This document shows, in pieces, positions 35,852 to 45,779 of a stretch of 64,000 nt of DNA. Source of the DNA: Angustibacter luteus (lineage in GTDB: Bacteria; Actinomycetota; Actinomycetes; Actinomycetales; Angustibacteraceae); contig NZ_BAABFP010000002.1 in assembly GCF_039541115.1 (NCBI RefSeq), forward strand, positions 620,001 through 684,000, in the 5' to 3' direction. Numbering within the stretch: the first letter of the stretch is position 1; every line of letters begins with the position of its first letter. The position numbers were made by a program, and so were the translations under genes. A model generated the notes under the pieces. It had not been told where the DNA came from and searched no databases. It was given only the letters and a program-made list of their open reading frames with translations.

Positions 35852-36568
35852 GTGGACGCGGTTCAGGCGACGATTCTCGCCGCAGGCATGGGGACCAGGC
35901 TCGGTCGACCCTTCCCGAAACCGTTGACCCCACTCGAGGACGGCCGCAGCATCCTGGCCCAGCAGCTGGCGAACCTGACCGCCGTGTTCGGCGACCGCCT
36001 CCGACTCACGGTCGTCGTCGGTTTCAAGCACGAGTCCGTCATGGAGGCCGTCCCGGACGTCCTGTTCGCGTACAACGAGAACTTCGACCGGACCAACACG
36101 TGCAAGAGCCTGCTGAAGGCCCTCCGCAGCTCGCACGACGGACCGGTCCTGTGGATGAACGGCGACGTCGTGTTCGACCCCGAGGTGCTGCGCCGGCTGC
36201 AGCCCTACCTGGACGGTGACCACTCGGCGATCGCGGTCAACACCTCCGCCGTGGCCGACGAGGAGGTCAAGTACACCCTCGACGACGAGGGCTTCGTGAA
36301 GGAGCTCTCCAAGACGGTCGTCGGCGGCCTGGGCGAGTCCGTGGGCATCAACGTGATCGCCGGGGTGGACAAGCCGGCGCTGCTGCGTGGCCTCGAGGAC
36401 TGCGACGACCAGGACTACTTCGAGCGCGGCATCCAGCTCGCCGTCGAGCGCGACGGCGTGCGGGTGGCCGCTGTCGACATCTCGGACCTGTTCGCGGTCG
36501 AGGTGGACTTCGAGGAGGACCTGACCCGAGCGAACGCGGCACGCAGGGCCGACCCCACCGCGCAGTGA
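35852..36568 (+). CDS. Sugar/polyol-phosphate nucleotidyltransferase (LicC/phosphocholine cytidylyltransferase-like)
   Basis: ILAAGMGTRL..PKPL, NGDVVFD, GESVGI, EVDFEEDL. Confidence 0.88.
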   Translation: MDAVQATILAAGMGTRLGRPFPKPLTPLEDGRSILAQQLANLTAVFGDRLRLTVVVGFKHESVMEAVPDVLFAYNENFDRTNTCKSLLKALRSSHDGPVLWMNGDVVFDPEVLRRLQPYLDGDHSAIAVNTSAVADEEVKYTLDDEGFVKELSKTVVGGLGESVGINVIAGVDKPALLRGLEDCDDQDYFERGIQLAVERDGVRVAAVDISDLFAVEVDFEEDLTRANAARRADPTAQ

Positions 36569-38208
36569 GCCCGACGATGATCCGGCGGGCCCGGCGCGCG
36601 GTCCGCCAGCTGGTGGCGTCGGCGCCCCCCTCGCTGCTGGTTCGCGCCTCCGCGGTGCGGCACGGCGAGCTGCGGGGACCGTCCGGGCCGGCTGGCGCCG
36701 CGCCCGGTCCGGGCGAGTCGCTCAGCGGCGTGCGGGCCCTGGACGACCACCTGCACGTGGTGCTGGACGCGCTCGCCGCCGGTGCGGTCCCGGCCGCGGT
36801 GCTCGAGGCCGGCACGATGCGGCGCCGGGTCGTCGTGGTCACGGGTGACCACGCCCCGGCCGCGCGTCGGGCGCTGGCGGCGACGACGGCGACGACGGCT
36901 ACGGGTGGCGGTCTGCTGGTGGCGGCGGTGGCGGCCGACGGCTCCCTCGGCGCCGCGCACCCGATCGCATCCCTCGCGCAGACCCGCTCGACCCGGGAGG
37001 CGCGTGTCCTGAGGGTGCACTCGGGACAGCAGCGGCTGGGCTGCGACGTCGAGTTCTGGGCGCTGAGCGATGACCGCCAGCCCCGCCCGGACGGCAGCCA
37101 CTACCCCGCCGGTACCGCCCTGGCCCCTCGCCCCAACCGCTGGACCCGGAGCCTGGAGCCCGACCAACGTCGGCCCGTCACCGGGGAGGTCGCCGGTCGC
37201 CCCGTGCCCACCTACCCCGGGCTGCTGCGCCCGCACCTGCTCGACGTCCGTTTCCCGATCGACGTCGTCTACACCTGGGTGGACGGCAGCGACCCCGCGT
37301 GGCGCCAGCGCAAGGACGACGCCTGGGCCGCGTCCCACCACGGCGAGCACCACCCCTCGGCCTCGGCCGGCTCGCGGTTCGACTCCCACGACGAGCTGCG
37401 CTACTCGCTGCGCTCGTTGGAGGCCAACGCCGACTGGGTGCGCCAGGTCTTCGTGGTGACCGACGAGCAGACCCCGTCCTGGCTGCGCACCGACCACCCG
37501 CGGCTGCGGGTGGTCAGCCACCGCGAGCTGTTCGGCGGGACCGGCACGCTGCCGACCTTCAACTCGCACGCGATCGAGTCGCGGCTGCACCACATCGACG
37601 GGCTGGCCGAGCACTTCCTGTACCTCAACGACGACGTGTTCTTCGGGCGACCGGTCACCCCCGAGGTCTTCTACGAGGGCAACGGCCTGGCCCGGTTCTT
37701 CCTGACCGACGCGACGATCGACCTGGGCGAGCCGGGCGCTCGCGACCTGCCGGTCGCCAGTGCCGCCAAGCAGACCCGGGCCGCGGTGGCCGAGCTCTAC
37801 GGCGCGAGCGTCACGCAACGGTTCCAGCACGTCGCGCACCCGCAGCGTCGTAGCGTCCTGGCGGACGTCGAGGAGCTGCTGCCGGACCAGGTCCGGCGCA
37901 CGGGGTCGGCTCAGTTCCGCAGCCCGCACGACCTGTCCGTCCCGGCGTCGCTGGCGCACTACGTCGGCTACGCCACCGGACGAGCCGTCCCCGGCACCCT
38001 GTCGTACGCCTACTGCGACGTGACGGAGCGGCGCGCGCCGATCAAGCTCCAGCGGATCGCCCGCGACCGGGCGACGGACGTGTTCTGCCTGAACGAGACC
38101 GACGCCCCGGGCGAGCACGCCGGGCACCGGCTGATGGCCGACTTCCTGGCGGCCTACTTCCCGCGTCCCAGCTCGTTCGAGCGGCCGGCCCAGGCGGACG
38201 CCCGGTGA
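36565..38208 (+). CDS. Stealth family hexose-1-phosphate transferase
   Basis: CR1 FPIDVVYTWVDGSDP; CR2 ELRYSLRS...LPTFNSHAIE...FLYLNDD; CR4 FCLNE. Confidence 0.93.
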   Translation: MSPTMIRRARRAVRQLVASAPPSLLVRASAVRHGELRGPSGPAGAAPGPGESLSGVRALDDHLHVVLDALAAGAVPAAVLEAGTMRRRVVVVTGDHAPAARRALAATTATTATGGGLLVAAVAADGSLGAAHPIASLAQTRSTREARVLRVHSGQQRLGCDVEFWALSDDRQPRPDGSHYPAGTALAPRPNRWTRSLEPDQRRPVTGEVAGRPVPTYPGLLRPHLLDVRFPIDVVYTWVDGSDPAWRQRKDDAWAASHHGEHHPSASAGSRFDSHDELRYSLRSLEANADWVRQVFVVTDEQTPSWLRTDHPRLRVVSHRELFGGTGTLPTFNSHAIESRLHHIDGLAEHFLYLNDDVFFGRPVTPEVFYEGNGLARFFLTDATIDLGEPGARDLPVASAAKQTRAAVAELYGASVTQRFQHVAHPQRRSVLADVEELLPDQVRRTGSAQFRSPHDLSVPASLAHYVGYATGRAVPGTLSYAYCDVTERRAPIKLQRIARDRATDVFCLNETDAPGEHAGHRLMADFLAAYFPRPSSFERPAQADAR

Positions 38209-41200
38209 GCCGGCTGCACGCCCTGCGCCGGCGGCTCCCCGGCGCCTCGACCGCTCACCGCGAACCGAGCGCGGTGGCGCAGCACCTGGCCATCACCCAG
38301 CGCGGCTCGGTGGTGTCGCTGACCCTGCGGCTGCGCGAGGACGTCGCCGTCCACGGTCTGTGGTGCCACATCCCGGCGGCCGACCTCTGGTGGCCGCTTC
38401 CCGACCCGCAGCCGCGCGCCGACGGTGCGTTCAGCGTGCAGTTCGACCTGGTCGACCAGCCGGCCGAGTCCGACGCGGCGGCTGAGGCCGGTGCCGGCGA
38501 GGGCGCCACGGCGCACCTCTACCTGGACGTCACCCACGTGCTGCGCTCGGAGGAGGACCGGGAGCTGCGGGCGGCCGCACCCCCGGTAGCCGACGAGGAC
38601 CCGGCGCCACCGGGCAGTCCCGCTGACGCGGTGCGCTACCGGCTCCGCCTCGGCCGCTTCGCGGACACCGAGAGCGAGCCGCTGCTGCCCGTGACCCGGC
38701 CGCTGGACCGCACGGCCGCCCTCTACATCAGCGCGGGTGGAAACCTCTCCCTGTTGCTGGACCGCCCGCTGAAGCCGTTCACGGACGTGCACGTACGGCG
38801 GATCAGCGTGCGCGACGGGCAGCTGCGGCTGGCCGGCCGGCTGGCCTCCCGGCACGAGGACCTGCAGGACGTGGAGGTGCTCCTCAAGGGACGCCTCAGC
38901 GGCCTGCGGATGGCCCGCCCGGTGACCTTCGCGCCCGACCCGGAGCGCACGCGGGAGTCGTTCGGCCTGCGCTGGTACACCTTCTCGTTCAGCGGCCACC
39001 TCGGCCAGCTGCTGGACGACGAGGCCTTCGTCGACGACGTGCTCGACATGTGGTTCGTGCTGAGCAGCAGCCAGCAGCCCGAGCCGTTCATGTCCAGGGT
39101 GGGCAAGACCCGGTTCCTCACGCGGCTGATGACGCGCCCCGGCTGGATGGCGACCAAGGACCACGCGGCGGCAGTCACGCCGTACTACACGTTCAAGGCC
39201 CGCAACACCTCGCTCCAGTTCGACCGGTTCGAGCCCGCGACCCTGCGCTACATGCGTCGCCAGCTGCGCTGGCGGCACGTGCTGCGAGCGGGTCGGGCGA
39301 TCCGTCCAGGTCGACGACCGCTCTGGCTCGTCGGCGAGCGCCCCAACAAGGCGCAGGACACGGGACTGGCGTTCTTCCGGTACCTGCGGGAGAACCACCC
39401 CGAGATCGACAGCTACTACGTGATGGACCCGTCCTCCCCGGACTACCGCAACGTGGCGCCGCTCGGCAACGTGCTGGAGTACCGGTCCCTCGAGCACGTG
39501 CGCGCCGCGCTGCGCGCCGACCGGGTGCTCGGCTCGCACCACCCGGACTTCGTGTACCCCTTGCGCACCAAGCGATTCAGCCGAGCGGTCCGGGCCACCC
39601 GGATCTTCCTGCAGCACGGTGTGATGGGCACCAAGTGGATGGTGCCCAACTACGGCAAGGGCGCCGGGGACTTCGTCACGGACACGTTCGTGGTGAGCAG
39701 CGAGCGGGAGAAGCAGTACATCGTCGAGGACTTCGGGTACAACGAGGACGAGGTCGCGGTCACCGGCCTGTCCCGCTTCGACACCCTGCTGGCCGCCGAC
39801 GTCGAACCGTCCCGCCAGCTGCTGATCCTGCCGACCTGGCGGGACTGGTTGCAGGACGACGACACCTACCCGGACTCGGAGTACCACCGCCGCTGGTCCG
39901 AGCTGCTGCACCACCCGCGGCTGCACGAGCTGGCCGAGACGTTCGGGTTCGAGGTCGTGTTCTGCCTGCACCCCAACATGCAGCAGTTCGTCGGACTGTT
40001 CGACGACGCGCCCGCCCGGGTGGTGAGCTTCGGTGAGGTCGACGTCCAGGACCTGCTCAAGCACAGCGCGATGCTCGTGACCGACTACTCCAGCGTCGGC
40101 TTCGACTTCAGCTTCCTGCACCGCCCCGTCGTCTACTACCAGTTCGACCAGGAGCAGTTCCTCGGACCGCGCGGATCGCACCTGGACCTGGACGCCGAGC
40201 TCCCCGGCCCCATCGTCTTCCAGGCGCAGCCCCTGCTGGACCAGGTGGCCGCCTCCGCGGCCGGTGACTTCGTGATGGCGCCGGAGTTCGTGCAGCGCTC
40301 CGAACGGTTCCTCACGCACCGCGACCGCAACAACAGCGCCCGCATCTTCGACGTCGCCTCGTCCGCGCACCGGGCCCGCGCACCGTGGCGGCGGATCGCG
40401 TGGCGCCGTCGCTGGCGCACCTCGGACCAGCGGCTGAACCGACAGCGGTACTGGTTCCCGTTGATGCGGCTGCTGTTCCGGATCGCGAAGCGGCTGCCTG
40501 CGGACCCCCGCCTGGTGGTCTTCGAGGCGGGCGTGGGGCGGCAGTACGCCGACAGCCCGCGCTACCTCTACGAGGAGCTGGTCGCCCGGGGGACGGACGT
40601 CAAGGCGGTCTGGGCCTACAACGGGAAGCTGCACGGGGGCGGGCCGCGCACGACGGTGGTGGACCGCCTGTCGCCGGCGTACTTCTGGTCGCTCGGCCGC
40701 GCCCGGTACTGGGTGAACAACCAGAACTTCCCGCACTACGTGCGCCGGCGCGAGGACGGCGTGTACCTGCAGACCTGGCACGGCACCCCGCTGAAGCGCA
40801 TGCTCCACGACCTGGACGTGGTGCACGGGCGGGACGCCGGCTACGTCGACCGGGTGACCACCGCCTCCCAGCAGTGGACGTCCCTGCTCTCGCCCAGCCC
40901 GTTCGCCACCTCCGCCCTGCGCAGCGCGTTCCGCTACCAGGGCGAGGTGCTCGAGCTGGGCTACCCGCGCAACGACCTGTTCTTCGCCGAGCAGCGGAAT
41001 GTCGTGTCGACCGCCGTGCGGCGCCGGCTGGGCATCGCACCGGAGAAGACCGTCGTCCTGTACGCGCCGACCTTCCGGGACAACCAGTCGGCTGGCGCCG
41101 GCTTCCAGTTCAGCCTGCCGTTCGACCTGGAGGCGTTCCACGAGGCCCTCGGGCCGGACGTCGTGCTGCTGCTGCGCATGCACCTGCTCGTGAAGGGGCA

Positions 41201-41609
41201 GTTCGAGATCCCGGCACACCTGTCCGAGCACGTCATCGACGCGTCCGGCTACCCCGAGATCCAGGAGCTCTACCTGGCCAGCGACGTGCTGGTCACCGAC
41301 TACTCCTCCGTGTTCTTCGACTTCGCGGCGCTGCGCCGACCGATGGTGTTCTACGCCTACGACCTCGAGTCCTACCGGGACACGCTGCGCGGGTTCTACC
41401 TCGACTACGCGGCGACGGTGCCGGGGCCCGTGGTGACCACCCAGGACGAGCTGCTGGGCGAGCTGGGGGACCTCGACGGGCTCCGCGCCCGGTACGCCGA
41501 CCGCTACGACGCCTTCGTCGAGCAGTTCGCACCGCGGGACGACGGCTCGGCTGCCGCCCGGGTGGTCGACGCGGTGTTCGGCGACTTCCTGGCACCGCCG
41601 CCGGTATAG
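38205..41609 (+). CDS. Large CDP-glycerol/polyol phosphotransferase with two tandem TagF-like domains
   Basis: Domain 1: GERPNKAQD, FLQHGV, ILPTWR, VTDYSSVGFDF. Domain 2: YADSP, QTWHGTPLK, GYPRND, YAPTFRD, VTDYSSVFFDF. Confidence 0.92.
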   Translation: MSRLHALRRRLPGASTAHREPSAVAQHLAITQRGSVVSLTLRLREDVAVHGLWCHIPAADLWWPLPDPQPRADGAFSVQFDLVDQPAESDAAAEAGAGEGATAHLYLDVTHVLRSEEDRELRAAAPPVADEDPAPPGSPADAVRYRLRLGRFADTESEPLLPVTRPLDRTAALYISAGGNLSLLLDRPLKPFTDVHVRRISVRDGQLRLAGRLASRHEDLQDVEVLLKGRLSGLRMARPVTFAPDPERTRESFGLRWYTFSFSGHLGQLLDDEAFVDDVLDMWFVLSSSQQPEPFMSRVGKTRFLTRLMTRPGWMATKDHAAAVTPYYTFKARNTSLQFDRFEPATLRYMRRQLRWRHVLRAGRAIRPGRRPLWLVGERPNKAQDTGLAFFRYLRENHPEIDSYYVMDPSSPDYRNVAPLGNVLEYRSLEHVRAALRADRVLGSHHPDFVYPLRTKRFSRAVRATRIFLQHGVMGTKWMVPNYGKGAGDFVTDTFVVSSEREKQYIVEDFGYNEDEVAVTGLSRFDTLLAADVEPSRQLLILPTWRDWLQDDDTYPDSEYHRRWSELLHHPRLHELAETFGFEVVFCLHPNMQQFVGLFDDAPARVVSFGEVDVQDLLKHSAMLVTDYSSVGFDFSFLHRPVVYYQFDQEQFLGPRGSHLDLDAELPGPIVFQAQPLLDQVAASAAGDFVMAPEFVQRSERFLTHRDRNNSARIFDVASSAHRARAPWRRIAWRRRWRTSDQRLNRQRYWFPLMRLLFRIAKRLPADPRLVVFEAGVGRQYADSPRYLYEELVARGTDVKAVWAYNGKLHGGGPRTTVVDRLSPAYFWSLGRARYWVNNQNFPHYVRRREDGVYLQTWHGTPLKRMLHDLDVVHGRDAGYVDRVTTASQQWTSLLSPSPFATSALRSAFRYQGEVLELGYPRNDLFFAEQRNVVSTAVRRRLGIAPEKTVVLYAPTFRDNQSAGAGFQFSLPFDLEAFHEALGPDVVLLLRMHLLVKGQFEIPAHLSEHVIDASGYPEIQELYLASDVLVTDYSSVFFDFAALRRPMVFYAYDLESYRDTLRGFYLDYAATVPGPVVTTQDELLGELGDLDGLRARYADRYDAFVEQFAPRDDGSAAARVVDAVFGDFLAPPPV

Positions 41610-41646
41610 GCTGTTCGGCGGCCATCGAGAGCAAAGGAGCCGTGTC

Positions 41647-43554
41647 ATCGACGTCACGGTCATCGTCGCGACGTACAACACCGGCGCCGCGATCGACACC
41701 CTGATCGCGAGCCTGGACCGTCAGACCATGCCGGCCACGAACTTCGAGGTCGTCCTCGTCGACGACGGTTCGACCGACGACACGCTCGACCGGCTCCGGT
41801 CCGCGGCCGCGGACCGCCCCCACCTGCACGTCGAGTCGATCGCCAACTCGGGCTGGCCCGGCCGCCCCCGCAACGTCGGGCTCTCCCGCGCACAGGGCGA
41901 CTACGTGTTCTTCGCCGACCACGACGACGAGTTCTACCCCCGCGCGCTCGAGCGGATGCACGCGACGGCGGTGGCGAACGACGCCGACGTCGTCTACGGG
42001 AAGCTGGTGCGGACCGGGCGACCGACTCCCTACTGGCCGATCGCCACCCGTGACGTCGCGGTCGCCGACCTGGCCGGCGACGTGCTGCTGTCCCGGACGG
42101 TCCACAAGCTCTACCGCCGGGCCTTCCTCGAGGCTCACGACATCCGGTTCCTCGAGGGTCGCGTGCGGCTCGAGGACCACCACTTCATGGCGCAGGTGCT
42201 CCCGCGCGCCCGGGTGATCTCGGTGCTGGCGAGCGAGCCGTGCTACCGCTGGATCCACCGGTCGGACGGCACCAACACCTCCGACACCAAGGTCGACCCC
42301 GAGGTCTACTGGCCCTGGTACGCCAAGCAGCTCGAGGTGTGGCGGGACGTGGCCGGTCCGGGACCCCAGCTCGACGCGGCTCGGCTCGTCACGATCTCGC
42401 AGGCGTTCTCCCGCTTCGTCCCCGGCCCCTTCATGGCGCTCGAGCGCGTGGAGCGGACCAGGGTGTTCGACGCCGTGCGCGCGATCGTGCTCGAGCACGT
42501 CCCGCCCGAGCTGGACGAGCGGCTCGCCGTCCTGAAGCGCCTGCGGGTGATGGCCCTGCGCGACGGCGACCAGGACGCCTTCGAGGCGGTGCAGAGCCTG
42601 CGCAGCACCATCACCTTCACCCCCGCGGTGTCGGCCGTGGCCTGGGACGGCGGCACGCTCTCCTTGACGGTCCAGATGAGCCTGACGACGACCGGCGGAC
42701 GGCCCTTCGAGCTCGACCGCGACGGGGAGCACCTGGTCCTCAAGGAGTCCAGCTGCCCGCAGGGGACCTCGCCCGCCGCGCGCCGGCTGCTGCCCTCCGA
42801 TGCCGGCACCCTCGCGATCACCGTGTGCGAGCGGGCGTCCGGGATGGAGTGGCCGGTGCACTCCGTGAGCCAGTTGCACGTCGAGCCGTGCCGGGGCGGC
42901 GTGGCGGTGCGGGTCACCTGCACGGCGACCATCGACCTGGAGCGGGCCGCCTTCGGCCGACCGTTGGGGCCCGGGTCCTGGGACCTGATGGCGCGCGTCC
43001 AGTTCCTCGGTGAACAGCTGCGGCGGCGGGTGCGGGTGGACGACCCCGAGACCCTTCCCACGGATCCGACTGCGGCGCACGGCTTCCGGCTCGTCGCGGT
43101 GGGCCAGCGGCACAACCTCACCCTGACCACCCTGCCACCGGGCGCCGAGCGCATCCGCGCCACGGCCGTGCGCTGGCGCGGCGAGCAGCTCGAGCTCCGG
43201 CTCGAACCGGCGCCGGTGGCCGGGGACCAGGTGCTCGCCATCCGGCGGTCGGACTCGGTCACCGTGCGGACGGACGTCACGACGACGTCACCCCGCGCCG
43301 TCCGGGTCGCCATCCCGTCCCTGCAGCCCGGCGAGATCGTCGACGTGTCGGTGCAGTCCGCGGCCGCCGGCCTGTGCCGGATCGGCTACGCGGGGGCCGA
43401 CGACTGGTCGCGGCGCCCGGTGCGCATCTACGCGACCGCCAACGACAGCCTGTCGGTGAAGTACGAGCGGGGCGCGGCGGCCAAGGCCGGGCAGTCCCGC
43501 CTGCGGCGGCGGGTCTCGTCGACGGCTCACGCACTGCTGCGCCGTCGGGGCTGA
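41647..43554 (+). CDS. GT2 glycosyltransferase, TarS-like architecture (start probably non-canonical; first ATG at 41728)
   Basis: In-frame IDVTVIVATYN upstream of the first ATG; VDDGSTD, SGWPGRPRN, FADHDD, LEDH. Confidence 0.88.
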   Translation: MDVTVIVATYNTGAAIDTLIASLDRQTMPATNFEVVLVDDGSTDDTLDRLRSAAADRPHLHVESIANSGWPGRPRNVGLSRAQGDYVFFADHDDEFYPRALERMHATAVANDADVVYGKLVRTGRPTPYWPIATRDVAVADLAGDVLLSRTVHKLYRRAFLEAHDIRFLEGRVRLEDHHFMAQVLPRARVISVLASEPCYRWIHRSDGTNTSDTKVDPEVYWPWYAKQLEVWRDVAGPGPQLDAARLVTISQAFSRFVPGPFMALERVERTRVFDAVRAIVLEHVPPELDERLAVLKRLRVMALRDGDQDAFEAVQSLRSTITFTPAVSAVAWDGGTLSLTVQMSLTTTGGRPFELDRDGEHLVLKESSCPQGTSPAARRLLPSDAGTLAITVCERASGMEWPVHSVSQLHVEPCRGGVAVRVTCTATIDLERAAFGRPLGPGSWDLMARVQFLGEQLRRRVRVDDPETLPTDPTAAHGFRLVAVGQRHNLTLTTLPPGAERIRATAVRWRGEQLELRLEPAPVAGDQVLAIRRSDSVTVRTDVTTTSPRAVRVAIPSLQPGEIVDVSVQSAAAGLCRIGYAGADDWSRRPVRIYATANDSLSVKYERGAAAKAGQSRLRRRVSSTAHALLRRRG

Positions 43555-43555
43555 C

Positions 43556-45571
43556 TCAGGTCGCGCAGTCCGGGACGCTCCACAGGGTGAACGGACCTTC
43601 CTTCGCCACCACCCGGAAGCCCCCGTCGGTGCTGACGCTGTCGATACCGGGGTAGCTCTTCCAAGCGCTCTCGCTCAGCTTCGCCCACGGTCGACCACCG
43701 GTGATGACGTAGCGCACGTCCTGACGCTTCATGGCCGCACACACGTCGGGCCGGCTGGCCGCGGCGGCCAGGTCCGAGGCCAGGAGCGCGCGGTCACCGG
43801 CCGCGAGCGACTTCTCCGTCGGCAGGAGCAGTCGCCGCCCGCTCACCAGGGACAGGTAGGTGGCGCCGTCCCAGGGGTTCGCCGCGACGACACCGTCCGG
43901 GCCCATCCGGCCGGCCAACGAGCGCAGTGCGGCGAGCTCCTCGGGACTGGCCCAGGTGCGGTCGACCGATGGCCTGAAGTAGCGCTCGATGAAGCCCTGG
44001 TCCGCGCTCAGGTAGGCACCGCCGGTCACCAGCACGAACACCGCGGGGGCCAGCAGCGCGGCCACCCACGCCTCGGGCCACCGCAGGTCGGCCCCGTCGC
44101 GCCGGCGGCGTCGCCGAGCCGTCCACCAGCGACCGGGCAGCGAGAGCCCGGCTGCTGCGACGACGGCGGCCGGGATGACCACCAGGGCGGCGAACCGGGG
44201 GGTGTTGTTGTACCAGGGCCAGGTGAACCACCGGGTGCGCTGGGTGTCGTATCCGGCGATCAGCACGTACAGCGCCCACGTCATCAGCAGGGAACCGACC
44301 ACCCAACGGCCGCCGCGACGCGCCAGCAGCACCACCAGACCGAGGGCCACGACGGCGGTCAGCACCCGCAGGTGCGGGCCCCCGCGCGAGGCGAAGGTGA
44401 CCGCCTCGAGCGCAGCATGGCGGACGGCCTCCTCCGAGCCGAGCGGGTTGGAGGCACGCAGACCGGTGGCCCGGGTGGTGAGCACCGCCCAGGCGGCGGC
44501 GAGCAGGGCCAGACCCGCGACCAGCGCCGCAACGAGCAGGGCGCACGCGCGCACCCGACCCGCCCGGCCAGCGGTGACCGCCCCTTCGACGACTCGCTCG
44601 CCCACCGCCATCGCGGCCATCGGCAGGATCAGGATGAGGGCGCCGGGATGGGCCAACGCGACGCCGGGCAGCATCACCAGGAAGGTGATCGCCGCCCGGG
44701 CGCGCGACACGCCGGCCCGCTCGGGCCGCAGGAACGCGACGAGTGCGGCGAGGGCGGCCGGAACCAGCGCGAGGCCCAGCAGCAGGGGCCACAGCACGCC
44801 GTAACCGAACAACCACGTGGGGAACGCGACGAACGACGCGGACGTCACGCCCGCCGCGATCGCGGTGGACCGGCTCGCTCCGGCCACGAGCCGGGCCAGC
44901 ACGATCACCCCGGCCGGCCACACCAGGGCGGACGAGACCAGTGCGAGCACCGACGCCGCCACGACGGCGCTGGTGCCGGTCAGCTGGCACACCGTCACCG
45001 CGATTCCGTGGAAGGCGGCCGGGTAGAAGCCGCCACCGGTGACGGACGAGAAGCCGTTGCCGTGCAGGGAGGACGCATCGCCGGTGGACAGCATCCAGCG
45101 GATGGTGCCGAGGTGGTAGATCGTGTCCGGTTGTTGCGGGAAGGCGCTCGCCGTGCGGATGACCGACACGTAGACGACGGCGATCAGCGCGGCGGCGATC
45201 GCGAGCCCCAGCCACGACGCCGCCGCCGAACCCTTCGCCGAACCCTTCGCCGAACCTTTCGCCGAGTCCGCCGCCGAGTCCTTCGGCTCGGTCCACCGGC
45301 GCAGACCCCGCGACAGCCCCCACGCCAGCCCGCAGGCCAGCAGCACGCAGGCGAGGAACGCCGGGACGGACCAGTGGACCCCGACCAGGGTGGCCAGTAC
45401 CGCGCCGCAGGAGATGACGGTGGTCGTGACGACGGGGGCCCAGGCCACCGCCAGGAACCCGCGCACGCCCAGCAGGCGCAGGGCCAGTCCGCCGGGCAGG
45501 AGCAGGACGGCGATCGTCGCCAGGATGACGGGGAGCGCCGCGAACCAGGTCGTCGGCTCCGCTGGGCTCAT
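43556..45571 (-). CDS. DUF6541-like multi-TM protein (GT-C-like)
   Basis: LLLPG, QQPDTIYH, FYPAAFH, HP, WYNNTPR, ANPWDG; many TM helices. Confidence 0.8.
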   Translation of the reverse strand: MSPAEPTTWFAALPVILATIAVLLLPGGLALRLLGVRGFLAVAWAPVVTTTVISCGAVLATLVGVHWSVPAFLACVLLACGLAWGLSRGLRRWTEPKDSAADSAKGSAKGSAKGSAAASWLGLAIAAALIAVVYVSVIRTASAFPQQPDTIYHLGTIRWMLSTGDASSLHGNGFSSVTGGGFYPAAFHGIAVTVCQLTGTSAVVAASVLALVSSALVWPAGVIVLARLVAGASRSTAIAAGVTSASFVAFPTWLFGYGVLWPLLLGLALVPAALAALVAFLRPERAGVSRARAAITFLVMLPGVALAHPGALILILPMAAMAVGERVVEGAVTAGRAGRVRACALLVAALVAGLALLAAAWAVLTTRATGLRASNPLGSEEAVRHAALEAVTFASRGGPHLRVLTAVVALGLVVLLARRGGRWVVGSLLMTWALYVLIAGYDTQRTRWFTWPWYNNTPRFAALVVIPAAVVAAAGLSLPGRWWTARRRRRRDGADLRWPEAWVAALLAPAVFVLVTGGAYLSADQGFIERYFRPSVDRTWASPEELAALRSLAGRMGPDGVVAANPWDGATYLSLVSGRRLLLPTEKSLAAGDRALLASDLAAAASRPDVCAAMKRQDVRYVITGGRPWAKLSESAWKSYPGIDSVSTDGGFRVVAKEGPFTLWSVPDCAT
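45225..45260. repeat. In-frame 12-bp tandem repeat x3 encoding SAKG
   Basis: gccgaacccttc x2 plus gccgaacctttc; the protein reads SAKGSAKGSAKG. Confidence 0.85.
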
Positions 45572-45779
45572 CGCTGGTTCGGTCGGCGGGTCATCACCAG
45601 GGACGTTCTCGGGGTGGCGCCCTCGTGGTCGTCGCTCAGCCCGTACCGGTGGAAATCGCTCACGAGCCGCGATCCTATCGGCCAGTCAGGTCGAATCCGA
45701 CGCGCCGTGGGAGTCGGCGTGGCTAGCATGAGCGCGCCTCACGGTCGGCGTGCGGCGAGGAGGCGGTCGAGAGGCCACT

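Noticed and set aside
38154..41699. Very long antisense or alternate-frame ORFs (e.g. 38154..41699, 49057..52542, 54773..57931, 5299..7782, most of 9522..12962)
   Set aside because: Shadow ORFs expected in high-GC DNA; they lie opposite genes with clear motifs and have no family signal.
45225..45260. SAKG repeat as a phase-variation switch
   Set aside because: The 12-bp unit keeps the frame and lies in a loop between TM helices.
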